41,035 bases of DNA from the IMG/VR virus record IMGVR_UViG_2671181040_000013; one strand, given 5' to 3'. A program made the translations under genes and the position numbers. The notes under the pieces are model-generated. The model did no database searches. It saw nothing but the letters and a program-made list of their open reading frames with translations, and had not been told where the DNA came from. Of the stretch, positions 29,222-40,018 are shown in pieces. The stretch comes from a virus. Lineage: Duplodnaviria > Heunggongvirae > Uroviricota > Caudoviricetes. The stretch's first letter is position 1. Every line of letters starts with the position of its first letter.

Positions 29222-30367
29222 ATGGCACAGGGCTTGCCTGTATCAAACGTTGTTAATGTTGATGTGATCATGTCGCCGCGTGCAGCATCAGGGCGAAATT
29301 TTGGTGCATTACTCATTCTCGGCCCGTCCACAATCATTCCGGTAAGTGAGCGCATTCGCCGTTATTCTGCCGCGGAAGATATTGGAAAAGATTTTGGCGT
29401 GGAATCACCAGAATATAAGGCTGCGCAGGTGTTTTTCTCTCAATCACCGAAACCTCAGGAGGTTTTTGTTGGTCGTTGGGTGAAAACGAAGGGAGACAGC
29501 GAACAGGCCACGCCTGAGACGCTGGAGCAGGCTGTGAATGCCATGCTCGATTATACTTCATGGTATGGGCTGGGGATTGCAGACGATGCAGATATTCCGG
29601 ATGCAGACTGGCTGAAAGTGGCTGCGGCGATCGAATCCTCTTCTGTAAGCCGTATTCTGGCGATTACGACAAGCGATGAGAAATGCCTGCAGACTGCATC
29701 CAGCGATGATTTGGCATCAAAACTGAAAACCGCCGGATATTCACGCAGTTTTATTCAGTATTCATCGGGTAATAAATTCGCTGCGTTATCTGCATTTGGC
29801 CGGGCATTCACGGTTAATTTCAATGGCAGTAATACCGCGATTACGCTCAAGTTTAAGCAGGCGCCGGGCGTCGGGTATGAAACACTGACAGTCAGCCAGG
29901 CATCGGCACTTGATGCAAAAAACTGCAATGTATTCGTGTACTACCAGAATGATACGGCTATCCTCCAGCAGGGAGTGATGGCTAACGGCGATTTCTTTGA
30001 TGAACGCCACGGCCTGGACTGGTTACAGAATTATGTGCAGACCAACCTCTATAACCTGCTTTATACCAGCACCACGAAAGTACCCCAGACTGAAGCCGGT
30101 ATTACCAGACTGTTATCAAGTGTTGAAAAATCACTGGATCAGGCCGTTCAGAATGGACTGATTGCTCCGGGCGTATGGAACGGTGGCGACCTGGGTCAGT
30201 TGTCATCAGGTGACACGCTGCCCAAAGGTTATTACGTATACGCCCAGCCACTGGATGAACAGGCACAATCAGAACGTGAAGCCCGTAAGGCTCCGGTGAT
30301 TCAGGCTGCAATAAAACTTGCAGGCGCGGTTCATTACGCTGACGTACAGATTAACGTTGTTCGCTAA
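29222..30367 (+). CDS. Contractile tail sheath protein (DUF3383-like)
   Basis: 381 aa immediately upstream of tube, chaperone and tape measure; size and position typical. Confidence 0.7.
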   Translation: MAQGLPVSNVVNVDVIMSPRAASGRNFGALLILGPSTIIPVSERIRRYSAAEDIGKDFGVESPEYKAAQVFFSQSPKPQEVFVGRWVKTKGDSEQATPETLEQAVNAMLDYTSWYGLGIADDADIPDADWLKVAAAIESSSVSRILAITTSDEKCLQTASSDDLASKLKTAGYSRSFIQYSSGNKFAALSAFGRAFTVNFNGSNTAITLKFKQAPGVGYETLTVSQASALDAKNCNVFVYYQNDTAILQQGVMANGDFFDERHGLDWLQNYVQTNLYNLLYTSTTKVPQTEAGITRLLSSVEKSLDQAVQNGLIAPGVWNGGDLGQLSSGDTLPKGYYVYAQPLDEQAQSEREARKAPVIQAAIKLAGAVHYADVQINVVR

Positions 30368-30377
30368 GGGGAAGTGA

Positions 30378-30818
30378 ATGTCTACCTATTCTTTTATGGA
30401 TGTCACTGCGACGCTGACCGGGCCGACCGGTTCGATTGACCTCGGGTACGGTTCGGCAAGTTCTGAAGAGGGGATTGTGGTTGCGATGGGCGGTCCTAAA
30501 AACACCATGACCATCGGTGCTGATGGCGAAGTGATGCACAGTCTCCATGCAGATAAAAGCGGGACGATTACCGTTAACCTTCTGAAGACATCACCGACAA
30601 ATAAAAAATTGTCGCTGGCGTATAACGCACAGAGCCAGTCTTCTGCCACATGGGGGAATAACGTTATCGTGATCCGCAACAAGGTCAGCGGCGACATCAT
30701 CACGGCACGCAGTGTTGCGTTCCAGAAACAACCGGATAACGCCAACGCTAAAACCGGTAATACGATGCCGTGGGTGTTTGACTGCGGCAAGATTGACCAG
30801 GTTCTCGGGGAGTTTTAA
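30378..30818 (+). CDS. Tail tube protein
   Basis: 146 aa between sheath and chaperone genes; synteny. Confidence 0.65.
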   Translation: MSTYSFMDVTATLTGPTGSIDLGYGSASSEEGIVVAMGGPKNTMTIGADGEVMHSLHADKSGTITVNLLKTSPTNKKLSLAYNAQSQSSATWGNNVIVIRNKVSGDIITARSVAFQKQPDNANAKTGNTMPWVFDCGKIDQVLGEF

Positions 30819-30821
30819 TAC

Positions 30822-31274
30822 ATGGAGTTCGAAATCAAAGGTGTGAAATATCGCGTGGCAAAACTCAGCGTTTTTGACCAGCTGAAAGTGACCCGCAAAC
30901 TTCTGCCGGTACTGGCGGGAATGATGTCAGATTTCGGGAGCATTCGCTCCCGTTTGCCTGCTGACGGCAAAATCGACACCGTGAAATTCGAGCAATTAAA
31001 ACCGGTGTTTGAAACCATGCTCCCGCGTATCGCTGAGGAACTGTCTTCCCTGACCGAAGATGACACCGATGCGATTATTCACCCCTGTCTTGCGGTGGTA
31101 TCGCGGCGTCATATGGACGGATGGGTGCCGGTATTTACCCGGGGCGAACTGATGTTTGATGATATTGACCTGCTGGTCATGCTTCATCTGGTGGCGCGGG
31201 TGGTCGCCGATTCGCTGGGAAATTTTTTGCCTACACCCCTTACCAGTACGACGCAGAGCCTGCAACAGGGCTGA
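30822..31274 (+). CDS. Tail assembly chaperone (short product)
   Basis: 150 aa directly upstream of tape measure; slippery run near 3' end. Confidence 0.7.
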   Translation: MEFEIKGVKYRVAKLSVFDQLKVTRKLLPVLAGMMSDFGSIRSRLPADGKIDTVKFEQLKPVFETMLPRIAEELSSLTEDDTDAIIHPCLAVVSRRHMDGWVPVFTRGELMFDDIDLLVMLHLVARVVADSLGNFLPTPLTSTTQSLQQG

Positions 31275-31462
31275 CGTTTAACAGCCTGCCGGACGGGCTG
31301 TCCTACCTTCTCAATCCGGTTGACGCCGGGTTAATTCCCTATACAGCACTTAAAGATGGCTCTGTCGATTTGTACGATATTGCTCTCTTGAATGACCATC
31401 TGGCGGTAAAAGCGGATAACCAGCGGCGCATTGAGAAATGGAGAGAGGATAATGAACGCTGA
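30822..31462 (+). CDS. Tail assembly chaperone frameshifted long product (about 214 aa)
   Basis: The -1 frame from slip site encodes ...KFFAYTPYQYDAEPATGLTFNSLPDGLSYLLNPVDAGLIPYTALKDGSVDLYDIALLNDHLAVKADNQRRIEKWREDNER, ending at 31462. Confidence 0.5.
31220..31229 (+). promoter_or_regulatory. Programmed -1 ribosomal frameshift slippery site (A_AAT_TTT / T_TTT_TTG)
   Basis: AAATTTTTTG in zero frame of chaperone gene; -1 frame stays open to 31462. Confidence 0.55.
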
Positions 31463-33458
31463 AACTATTAAAGATTTCCTCGTCTCGCTTGGCTTCAGTG
31501 TGGATGATGCAGGAGCGAAAAAGTTCGGTTCTGTCCTCGCCGGTACAACTGCAAATGTCATCAAAATGGGACTGGCCGTTGAAGGAGCTGCGCTGTCCGT
31601 GGTGGCCTTCACGGCTAAGATCGCCTCCGGCCTGGATAATCTTTACTGGGCGTCACAGCGCACCGGCGCGACAGTCCAGGGAATTCAGTCTATTGGCTAT
31701 GCGGTTTCGCAGGTTGGCGGCAGTGTGGACGCTGCGCGATCTTCTCTGGAAAGCCTCTCCCGGTTTATTCGTAACAATCCCGGGGCGGAAGGCTTCCTGA
31801 ATCGCCTTGGTGTACAGACCCGTGACGCCAGCGGTAACATGCGCGACATGGCCGCTATCTTTACGGGCGTTGGCCAGAAGCTCAGCAGCATGCCGTATTA
31901 CCGGGCTAACCAGTATGCGCAGATGCTGGGCATTGACGAAAATACCCTGATGGCTATGCGTCGCGGAGTGGGGCAGTTCAGCGCTCAGTATTCAGAAATG
32001 GTGAAAGCGATCGGATTTAATGCCGATCAGGCTGCCTTATCGTCAAACCGGTTTATGACCTCGCTGAAATCGCTCGGTGAAATGGCCGGGATGGCGCGGG
32101 ACAAAATCGGATCGAATCTTGCGGACGGACTGGCGGGGCAGATTGATAACCTGCGCAAAAAGATAATTGAAAATTTTCCCAAAATTGAAGTCACCATCAC
32201 AAAGGTCATAAAGGGGATCCTCTGGCTGGGTGAGATAGTCGGGCGGGTAGCATTTCGGATAGTCGATGGTGTCGGAGATATCATCGAGTGGTGGGGGAAA
32301 CTGGATGCCGAAACGAAAACCCTGATAGAGGTTATCGGCGGTCTGGTTGTCGCCATGCGGATACTTAACTCTACTTTCTGGATGTCACCTATAGGGCTGA
32401 TTACCGGTCTGATCGTGGCTCTCGGTCTCTTGTGGGAAGACTACAAAACATGGAAAGAAGGCGGTAACAGTCTTATCGACTGGGAAAAATGGCAACCGGC
32501 AATAGATAAAGCGAAGGATGCGATCACCTGGCTTCGTGATCACCTTCTGGAACTAAAAGATGGTGTTGGCGGCTGGCAAAATGCACTGGAAATCCTCGGT
32601 ACATTCATCGCGGGTGTCTGGGTATCCAAGGTTCTGGGGGCTTTCGGAAAAATATCAGGTTTACCGGTCCCACCCTGGCTTAAATTGTGGGCGCTTTACG
32701 CGGGCTATATTGTTAGTGACAGAGAAAATATTGCCGATAGCGCAAAATCTTCACTGAGGTATACGAAGCGAATTATCGGCGACACGCTGGCTGCTATTGG
32801 TATAAAAACAGATATCGGACGCAGGGATGTCAGTGAGGTCCGTGAATGGCCTGCGTGGATGGACTGGTTGCACGGGGGACCCGGTAAAGTTATCCGGCAG
32901 GGACAGAGTAACGGTGTAGTGCATGGCTCCAACGTCCAGCCCGACATCCCCGGCGGCGGTACTCTTGCTGATCGCAACAATAACCCCGGGAACATTCGCC
33001 CGGTGAGTGGTAAAGGGTTCCGGTTTTTCGAATCAGCTCTTGAGGGCTGGGAGGCGATGAAAAAACAGCTCATGCGTTACTTTACCGGGAAAACAACCGG
33101 ACGGGCATTACAGACTATTCAGGATATTGTCAGTACCTGGGCCCCGGCAGGTGATAACAACGATCCGAAAAAGTATGCACAGGATGTTGCGAAATGGATG
33201 GGAGTATCACCGAATGCAATATTGAATCTTACAGATCCCCAGACTATGGGAGCATTGATGCAATCAATGGCGCGCAAAGAAGGTTATTCAAACTGGAACA
33301 GCCCGCTGGCGTATCAGGCCGCCGCTGGCAGCCTTAACCAGCAGACTGTTATAAATGTTCATGGAGTTAACAACCCTCAGGAGGCGGCTAATCTGATCGC
33401 TGACAAGCAGGGGGCTGTAAATGCCAGGGCGGTACAGCAATTGAAAGGACCTGCGTAA
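31451..33458 (+). CDS. Tail tape measure protein
   Basis: About 669 aa, Ala/Gly-rich with hydrophobic segments; follows chaperone frameshift; ATG 31451 with GGAGAGAGGA RBS (ORF frame open from TTG 31431). Confidence 0.85.
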
Positions 33459-34108
33459 TGGACTTTTTATCTGTTTTACTGCAGCAGCGAACCCGCTCAA
33501 TAGGAATCATTATTCCTGATGTGGTTATTACCGAAAAGCACACTGACGCCCTGGAAATTACGGAACATCCGGTTGAACAGCCCACGAATGCTGGTGCCAG
33601 TGGTGAGGGCGCTGGTTACATATCAGAACACGCATTCAGGCGCCCTTCTGAGGTTGTGATGGAAACCGGTTTTTCCGGAGGCGGATCGCTGCTTGATTTT
33701 GCCAGTAACCTGACTGCTACCAGTTTACTGGGGCTGAGCCCGAAAGAACTGTATCAGGAACTGCTTAACCTGCAGCGGAATCGTATTCCTTTCGATGTGA
33801 CAACCGGCAAGCGTATTTACAACAATATGTTGATAAAAACGCTGGAGGTCACGACCGATAAGAGTAGTGAAAATGTGCTTCTGGCGACACTTACCCTCAG
33901 GGAAGTAATTATTACCTCCACGCAGTCAGTCAGGGTTGCCCCGAAAAACAATATGACCGAGGGAGTCGGAACGTCTGCTGTGCAGAATACAGGCACCAAA
34001 ACAACGGTGCCGCCGAATAATTCCATTCTGAAATCGCTGCCACAGATGGCGCAAGAAGGTATCTCCACTGTTGATGGGTATTTGAGCAATTTATTTCTGG
34101 GAAGGTGA
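33458..34108 (+). CDS. Tail / baseplate-associated protein
   Basis: 216 aa immediately after tape measure with overlapping stop/start. Confidence 0.55.
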   Translation: MDFLSVLLQQRTRSIGIIIPDVVITEKHTDALEITEHPVEQPTNAGASGEGAGYISEHAFRRPSEVVMETGFSGGGSLLDFASNLTATSLLGLSPKELYQELLNLQRNRIPFDVTTGKRIYNNMLIKTLEVTTDKSSENVLLATLTLREVIITSTQSVRVAPKNNMTEGVGTSAVQNTGTKTTVPPNNSILKSLPQMAQEGISTVDGYLSNLFLGR

Positions 34109-34111
34109 TTC

Positions 34112-34414
34112 ATGAAAGCCGTAGAAATCCCACTGGTTGCTGACAATCAGACTTTTGCCACCACAATTAACGGTTCGGTTTATCACCTGTCTGTCATCTG
34201 GCGAGGAGAGTACTGGGTTCTGGATCTTGCTGACAGCAATGGTTCCGCCATTATATCAGGTATACCGATGATTACGGGGGCTGACCTGCTGGCACAGTAT
34301 CGATATATGGATCTGGGTTTTTCTCTGGTGGTGCTCTGCGACGTGGCAGGGCAGGAGAATCCGACGCAATTCGATCTTGGAACGCTCTCACACCTCTATG
34401 TTTTCACGGAGTAA
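34112..34414 (+). CDS. Small baseplate-associated protein
   Basis: 100-aa ORF in tail operon. Confidence 0.5.
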   Translation: MKAVEIPLVADNQTFATTINGSVYHLSVIWRGEYWVLDLADSNGSAIISGIPMITGADLLAQYRYMDLGFSLVVLCDVAGQENPTQFDLGTLSHLYVFTE

Positions 34415-34416
34415 CA

Positions 34417-35448
34417 ATGTCGAAAAACTGGATGCGTCACTTTGAATTATTGCTTGTTGATGATAAGGGCGACGGGATAAAAATTTCTGAGCTTAAAGTC
34501 ACTTTCAATATTCAGAAAATGCCTGCGACCATATTTAATGGATTCGTTGGAAATTTTAAGGTTTATAACCTGTCTCCTACCACTCAGAACCGGATTATGC
34601 AGAAGGAGTTTTCGCGTATACAGGTTATTGCCGGATACAAGGGGCAACCGGATGCAGCAGGTAATTATCCTGATGAAAACGTTGGCATGATATTCAATGG
34701 AGATATCCGTTTTACTGTCACTGGTAAAGATAATGCCACAGACAGTTGGATCATGTTGCAGTGTATTGACAGCTGGGAAGGTCACCTGAACGCAAGTGTG
34801 AAAACCACAGTGGCTGCTGGCTGGAAGTACAGCGATCTTTTCAGTCTGGGTATGAAATCATTCGAACCATATGGCATCGAATCCGGCGCAGTTCCTGACA
34901 TGCCTGAAACGGTATTTCCCCGGGGGCGCGTTGTTTATCAAAACACATCAAGGTTGATGAATCATATCGCAGGGCAGTGTAAGGCTAACTGGTGGTATGA
35001 AAATAATCTGGTAAATATTGTTCCTGAAGATAAATATATTGGTGTTGCTACGGTGTTGAATGCTAACACCGGGCTTATCGGTATGCCACAGCAGACGATG
35101 GGAGCTGGCGTAAATGTCAGATGTCTGATTAATCCAAATATTAAGCTCGGTGGGCTTATTCGTCTGGATCAGGCATCTGTATACCGTGCCTCTTTGAGTA
35201 ATGACCAGGTAGCGAAATCGCCAGCACGACTGGATGAGTCTGAAAGCGACGGTAATCTCTACGTTAACGGTCTGCCAGGCATGTCACAGCCTGCCAGCAT
35301 TAATACTGACGGTGATTACATTGTGGGCAGCATTGATTATACTGGCGACACCCGAGGGCAGGCGTGGTATATGGACCTGCTTTGCCTGGCTAAAGGTGGC
35401 AAAGAATTGCTTAACTCGAAAGGGATTGATGCGGAGAAATACACATGA
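34417..35448 (+). CDS. Putative baseplate hub protein
   Basis: 343 aa in baseplate region; position-based. Confidence 0.55.
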   Translation: MSKNWMRHFELLLVDDKGDGIKISELKVTFNIQKMPATIFNGFVGNFKVYNLSPTTQNRIMQKEFSRIQVIAGYKGQPDAAGNYPDENVGMIFNGDIRFTVTGKDNATDSWIMLQCIDSWEGHLNASVKTTVAAGWKYSDLFSLGMKSFEPYGIESGAVPDMPETVFPRGRVVYQNTSRLMNHIAGQCKANWWYENNLVNIVPEDKYIGVATVLNANTGLIGMPQQTMGAGVNVRCLINPNIKLGGLIRLDQASVYRASLSNDQVAKSPARLDESESDGNLYVNGLPGMSQPASINTDGDYIVGSIDYTGDTRGQAWYMDLLCLAKGGKELLNSKGIDAEKYT

Positions 35449-35780
35449 AAAGACCATTGTTGACAGTTTTACTTGTCTGTATCTCCTTCATTTCCTTTGC
35501 TGATACCGGTTGCGGACCATTTACGATCAACTGGAAAGCGCAAGACGGACTTGCAAGGATTAATGGACAGAAACCGGAGACACAGAAAATCATCTTTCTC
35601 AAACAGGAAGGTGATTATGACAATGTGAACATCCAATGGATGATTCCGGGTAATGGGCGTTGGTTAGGGATGGATTTTGTGGCCAGAAATGGCAAGCCGA
35701 TCCTCAACGTTGAAGTTATCCGCAAAAATATGGACGAGCCTCGGGAGTTCTGGACGTATGATTGCCGGAAGGTGAAGTGA
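35445..35780 (+). CDS. Secreted 111-aa protein with signal peptide, accessory gene inside baseplate operon
   Basis: N-terminus MKRPLLTVLLVCISFISFA; two Cys (possible disulfide); ATGA overlap with upstream gene. Confidence 0.6.
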   Translation: MKRPLLTVLLVCISFISFADTGCGPFTINWKAQDGLARINGQKPETQKIIFLKQEGDYDNVNIQWMIPGNGRWLGMDFVARNGKPILNVEVIRKNMDEPREFWTYDCRKVK

Positions 35781-35855
35781 ATTACATTGGCGTCCAGCTT
35801 CTGCAGAACAGCATGGATGCGCCGAAAATCATCGGTTCCTTTCCATGCAAAAAGA

Positions 35856-35883
35856 TTGTTGATTAATCACTCGTAATTATAAT
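35856..35883 (+). promoter_or_regulatory. Sigma70-like promoter for the 35920 accessory gene
   Basis: TTGTTG (35856-35861), 16-nt spacer, perfect TATAAT (35878-35883). Confidence 0.5.
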
Positions 35884-35919
35884 GTGATACTTCTACTTTC
35901 ACGATAAGGAATTTGTCGC

Positions 35920-36159
35920 ATGTTCGGATTTGATAAATTAATAACTCCAAAAATCATCAACGTTCTGTATGGCATCACAATGTTACTTCTGGTTGTTGCC
36001 GCCATTATAACGTTTGTTAATGGGAAGGCTGCTGGCGCTTTAGTGCTTTTGTTATGTGCTGTATTTTGCCGAATATTCTTTGAGTGCATCATGGTTTCAT
36101 TTAAAAACAATGAGTATCTTCGCCGAATAGCTGAAGCGTTAGAAGCAAACAAGCAGTAA
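35920..36159 (+). CDS. Small (79 aa) two-TM membrane protein, accessory gene with own promoter and terminator
   Basis: ATG with AAGGAA RBS; hydrophobic helices; flanked by promoter and terminator. Confidence 0.6.
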   Translation: MFGFDKLITPKIINVLYGITMLLLVVAAIITFVNGKAAGALVLLLCAVFCRIFFECIMVSFKNNEYLRRIAEALEANKQ

Positions 36160-36177
36160 TGAAACTTCAATAATGAA

Positions 36178-36199
36178 CCCGCCACCCGGCGGGTTTTTT
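36178..36199 (+). terminator. Intrinsic terminator
   Basis: CCCGCC-ACCC-GGCGGG followed by TTTTTT. Confidence 0.7.
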
Positions 36200-36218
36200 A
36201 CTTTCTGGAGACATATGA

Positions 36219-36971
36219 ATGCCCGTTTCTTTAAGCGCTCAACTTGGTAGCAAAGAACAGGCCGATGTAAGACTTGCTGGCTCTGTCATGTCGGCGCTGC
36301 GTGTTTCTATGCCCGGCATCGTCCAGTCATTTGATCCGGACACTGTAACAGTGGTTGTTCAACCTGCGATTAAAGGCTATGAGCCGGACTCAAATGGAAT
36401 CAACCAGTCGACGACATTACCCCTGCTGGTGGATGTACCAGTGGTATTCCCGCGCGGCGGAGGCTGTACGTTGACTTTTCCGGTAAAAGCCGGGGATGAG
36501 TGTCTTGTCGTTTTTGCCGATCGTTGTATTGATTTCTGGTGGCAGAGTGGCGGGATACAGGAGCCGGTCGATGACAGAATGCATGATTTATCGGATGCGT
36601 TTTGTATTGTCGGTCCCCAGTCGCAGGCGAGGAAGATTAGCGGTATTAATACCAGTGCCACACAGTTGCGTAGTGACGACGGCAGCACCTATTTTGAGCT
36701 TAATCCTGACACCAGGAAAATTAAAATTGTCGCTCCGGGTGGTCTTGATGTGGTTGCCCCTCTGGCTGATTTTTCTGAGAAAGTAACCATTCATGGCCTG
36801 TTAACCTGGATGGGTGGCATGGTGGGGTCTGTTGTTTCTGGTGTGGCTTCAAAAATCACTGGTGCTGTTGAGTTCTTGGGGAGCGTTAAGGCTAACGGCA
36901 AGCCAATCGATGATACGCACACTCATGGCGGTGTTCAGCGCGGTGGAAGCAGTACCGACGGGGTAAACTGA
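36219..36971 (+). CDS. Baseplate spike / gpV-like protein
   Basis: 250 aa; GGAG RBS; position before gp25-like and J-like baseplate genes. Confidence 0.55.
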   Translation: MPVSLSAQLGSKEQADVRLAGSVMSALRVSMPGIVQSFDPDTVTVVVQPAIKGYEPDSNGINQSTTLPLLVDVPVVFPRGGGCTLTFPVKAGDECLVVFADRCIDFWWQSGGIQEPVDDRMHDLSDAFCIVGPQSQARKISGINTSATQLRSDDGSTYFELNPDTRKIKIVAPGGLDVVAPLADFSEKVTIHGLLTWMGGMVGSVVSGVASKITGAVEFLGSVKANGKPIDDTHTHGGVQRGGSSTDGVN

Positions 36972-37324
36972 TGCGATACAGACGTGAAGACGCCGATGGC
37001 GATTACACCTTTGGCAGCGGTGATGACACCTGGCTGATTAACTCGCCTGAGGCCGTGGCGCAGGCTGTGAAAACGCGATTCGAATTGTGGTATGGGCAAT
37101 GGTTTCTCGATACCACCGAAGGGACTCCGTGGATCCGGTCTGTGCTCGGTAAGCAGAAGCCGGAAACCTACAACCTGGCGATCCGTAAGCGCATCCTCGA
37201 AACTCGGGGCGTTAAATCAATCCTCTCTTTCAATACGACGGTGGATACCACGACCCGACGTGTCATGTTTTCCGCTGAAATCGACACTCTTTATGGAATA
37301 ACGACTGTTACATCGGAGGCGTAA
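36971..37324 (+). CDS. Baseplate wedge protein (gpW / gp25-like)
   Basis: 117 aa immediately upstream of J-like gene; synteny. Confidence 0.55.
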   Translation: MRYRREDADGDYTFGSGDDTWLINSPEAVAQAVKTRFELWYGQWFLDTTEGTPWIRSVLGKQKPETYNLAIRKRILETRGVKSILSFNTTVDTTTRRVMFSAEIDTLYGITTVTSEA

Positions 37325-38523
37325 TGGCTCTGAACCTTGATTCTCTCGGTTTATCTGCAAAGGTAACCGCAGAGGGGATCAGTGCGCCTGATTATCAGAC
37401 GATACTCAGCACCCTGATTAGCTATTTTCAGCAGATTTATGGCAGTGATGCCTACCTCGAACCGGACAGCAAAGACGGCCAGATGGTGGCTCTGATGGCA
37501 CTGGCGATTCATGATGCCAATAATACGGCGATAACTGTCTACAACTGTTTTTCACCGGCAACCGGCTATGGGGCTGCACTGACCAGTAACGTGAAAATAA
37601 ATGGTATTTCACGTAAAGGCGCGACGAACTCTACGGTTGATTTGCTTCTTACAGGAACTGCCGGAACAACCATCATTAATGGCAGCGTGAAAGACAGTAA
37701 TAATGTGATATGGCGTTTGCCTGCTTCAGTGGTGGTCGGCGTGGATGGTACAGTGATGGCGACCGCAACATGTTCCGTCAGTGGTGCAGTGGCGGCGCTG
37801 GCTGGAACAATCACTGAAATTAATACGCCAACCCGTGGCTGGGTTTCGGTAACTAATCCTGCTGCGGCTACTGTTGGCTCTCCGGCAGAAACTGATGCGG
37901 AGTTACGTATCCGTCAGTCGCAAAGTGTTGCGTTGCCATCAATAACCCCATTTGAAGCACTGGATGGTGCTGTTTCTAATGTTACCGGTGTAACCCGCCA
38001 CAAACTCTATGAAAATGATACTGGTTCGGAGGACGGTAACGGGTTACCGCCACACTCTGTTGCTGTGATTGTGGATGGCGGTGATGTGACGGATATTGCT
38101 CAGGCTATCAGAGGGAATAAAGGTCAGGGGACAGCCACTCACGGTACAACATCCGTTACGATTCCGGATAAATACGGCAATCCCCATGTAATCAAGTTCT
38201 CGCGTTCCAGTGATGTACCTGTTTATGCCCGGATCAAATTACAAGTTTTTACGGGTTATACCTCACAGATAGGGCAGCAGATCCAGCAGGCTATTTCCGA
38301 CTATATCAATAGTCTGATGATTGGTGATTCGGTCCTTTTAAGTCGCATTTACTCACCGGCGAATCTTGGCGTGGTGAGTGGCGGGAATGCACGCTATTAC
38401 GATATTCAGGAACTGACGATTGGGAAATCCCCGGGGGCTTTGTCGTCATCAAACATTGATATCAGATACAACGAATCTGTGTCCTGTACCCCGGAAAATA
38501 TCGTTATAACGGTGGAGTCATGA
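37324..38523 (+). CDS. Baseplate J-like protein
   Basis: 399 aa; size and position typical for baseplate J family. Confidence 0.7.
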   Translation: MALNLDSLGLSAKVTAEGISAPDYQTILSTLISYFQQIYGSDAYLEPDSKDGQMVALMALAIHDANNTAITVYNCFSPATGYGAALTSNVKINGISRKGATNSTVDLLLTGTAGTTIINGSVKDSNNVIWRLPASVVVGVDGTVMATATCSVSGAVAALAGTITEINTPTRGWVSVTNPAAATVGSPAETDAELRIRQSQSVALPSITPFEALDGAVSNVTGVTRHKLYENDTGSEDGNGLPPHSVAVIVDGGDVTDIAQAIRGNKGQGTATHGTTSVTIPDKYGNPHVIKFSRSSDVPVYARIKLQVFTGYTSQIGQQIQQAISDYINSLMIGDSVLLSRIYSPANLGVVSGGNARYYDIQELTIGKSPGALSSSNIDIRYNESVSCTPENIVITVES

Positions 38524-39200
38524 GCAAATACACCGAACTAATCACGAACTACCACGCCACCAAACCTAAATTTCTTGCGCATGTTGATCTGATGACCCGG
38601 CCACTTATTGATGTTGCGGCTGCCACCAGAGGGCTGATTACTGCATTTGATATTGACTCTGCGGTTGGTGTGCAACTTGACATTCTTGGATTGTGGATCG
38701 GACGTAGCCGTGTTGTCAGCCAGCCTATCTCAGGTGTCTATTTCAGCTGGGATACCGACGGGCTTGGATATGATCAGGGGATATGGCAGGGACCATACGA
38801 TCCTGATTCAGGATACATGTATCTCAGCGATGAAACTTATCGTGTCATTCTTAAAGCGAAGATTGCGATTAATAACTGGGACGGACGGAATGATTCGCTT
38901 CCGGCAATTCTTGACGCGGCAACAGCAGGATCCGGGCTGCGAATGCAGATAGTCGATAACCAGGACATGACGATATCGGTCTGGGTCTTTCCTGATACTG
39001 ATATTTCAGATGTATCGCGTGAGTTAATTGCGGCAATTAAACAGGGGTATCTCACAGTAAAAGCCGCCGGGGTATGGGCGGGGGGCATTGAAACACCTTC
39101 GGTGGAAACTCCATCGGAAGGCTCTAAATTTTTTGGTTTTGATATGGATAACGAATTCATCAGTGGTTTTGATGTAGGGGCATGGGGAGTATTACTCTGA
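38520..39200 (+). CDS. Baseplate / tail protein (gpI-like)
   Basis: 226 aa between J-like and fibre genes. Confidence 0.55.
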   Translation: MSKYTELITNYHATKPKFLAHVDLMTRPLIDVAAATRGLITAFDIDSAVGVQLDILGLWIGRSRVVSQPISGVYFSWDTDGLGYDQGIWQGPYDPDSGYMYLSDETYRVILKAKIAINNWDGRNDSLPAILDAATAGSGLRMQIVDNQDMTISVWVFPDTDISDVSRELIAAIKQGYLTVKAAGVWAGGIETPSVETPSEGSKFFGFDMDNEFISGFDVGAWGVLL

Positions 39201-40018
39201 TGGCGAAAAATGACTTTAAAGCGTTTGCAACTGATCGAAATGCCAATGTTATGTCGCAGGAGGAATGGGAAGCGTTGCCTGCGCTTTTATCCGGATTTAC
39301 AGCAGGGAAAGCATCCAGTGCGCAAGTCAATAAGGTTATTCGGCAGGCCAGCTTTATTGCTGCAGCTCTGGCCCAGTTTGTAAGTGATAAAACGCAACGG
39401 GATGTGCTTGATAATGGTGATCTTCCCGGTTTTGTTGAATTGCTGGGATCGGGGTTTGCTGTTGAATACCTGAGCCGCAAGAATCCGTTTGGTGATATCA
39501 AATCGGATGGCACAGTACCAACGGCTCTCGAAAATCTTGGTTTGGGAGAAGGCTCTGCATTACCTGTTGGTGTGCCTGTTCCGTGGCCCTCCGCAACCCC
39601 GCCAACGGGCTGGCTGAAATGCAACGGCGCTGCCTTTGATAAGGTGAAATATCCCCATCTTGCTACAGCATATCCATCAGGGAAACTACCTGATCTCCGT
39701 GGTGAGTTTATTCGTGGATGGGATGACGGGCGTGGTATTGATGCAGGACGTGCTTTATTGAGCATTCAGACTGGGATGCTGGAAAAACACCGCCATATTG
39801 TTGTTGCCAACGATGGGTATGATTCAAAAGAGGAATGGGAACTGGCGACAATCTTCAGAAGAGCATATACGCAAGGCCGGGGGCTTGATGCTACCGATGC
39901 CGGAGGAACCCTGATTCCATCACCAACGCTACATACACGAGGGAGTATTGGTAACACAGGTGGGAGCGAAACCCGTCCACGAAATATTGCATTTAACTAT
40001 ATCGTGAGAGCTGCATAA
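39200..40018 (+). CDS. Tail fibre protein with collar-like C-terminal domain
   Basis: 272 aa; segment [38 protein letters not shown] resembles phage tail-collar domains. Confidence 0.75.
   Translation: MAKNDFKAFATDRNANVMSQEEWEALPALLSGFTAGKASSAQVNKVIRQASFIAAALAQFVSDKTQRDVLDNGDLPGFVELLGSGFAVEYLSRKNPFGDIKSDGTVPTALENLGLGEGSALPVGVPVPWPSATPPTGWLKCNGAAFDKVKYPHLATAYPSGKLPDLRGEFIRGWDDGRGIDAGRALLSIQTGMLEKHRHIVVANDGYDSKEEWELATIFRRAYTQGRGLDATDAGGTLIPSPTLHTRGSIGNTGGSETRPRNIAFNYIVRAA
39525..39550. promoter_or_regulatory. Candidate Gin/Hin-family recombination site (invertible-segment boundary) inside fibre gene
   Basis: 26-bp imperfect palindrome CTCTCGAAAATC-TT-GGTTTGGGAGAA with AAA(T/C)C-NN-GGTTT core reminiscent of gix/hix sites (from memory). 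Confidence 0.3.

Noticed and set aside
31451-33458. Possible enzymatic (lytic) domain at the tape-measure C-terminus (NNPGNIR region)
   Set aside because: I cannot tie the motif to a defined hydrolase family from memory; it would need an HHpred or Pfam search, so it is not reported as a feature.
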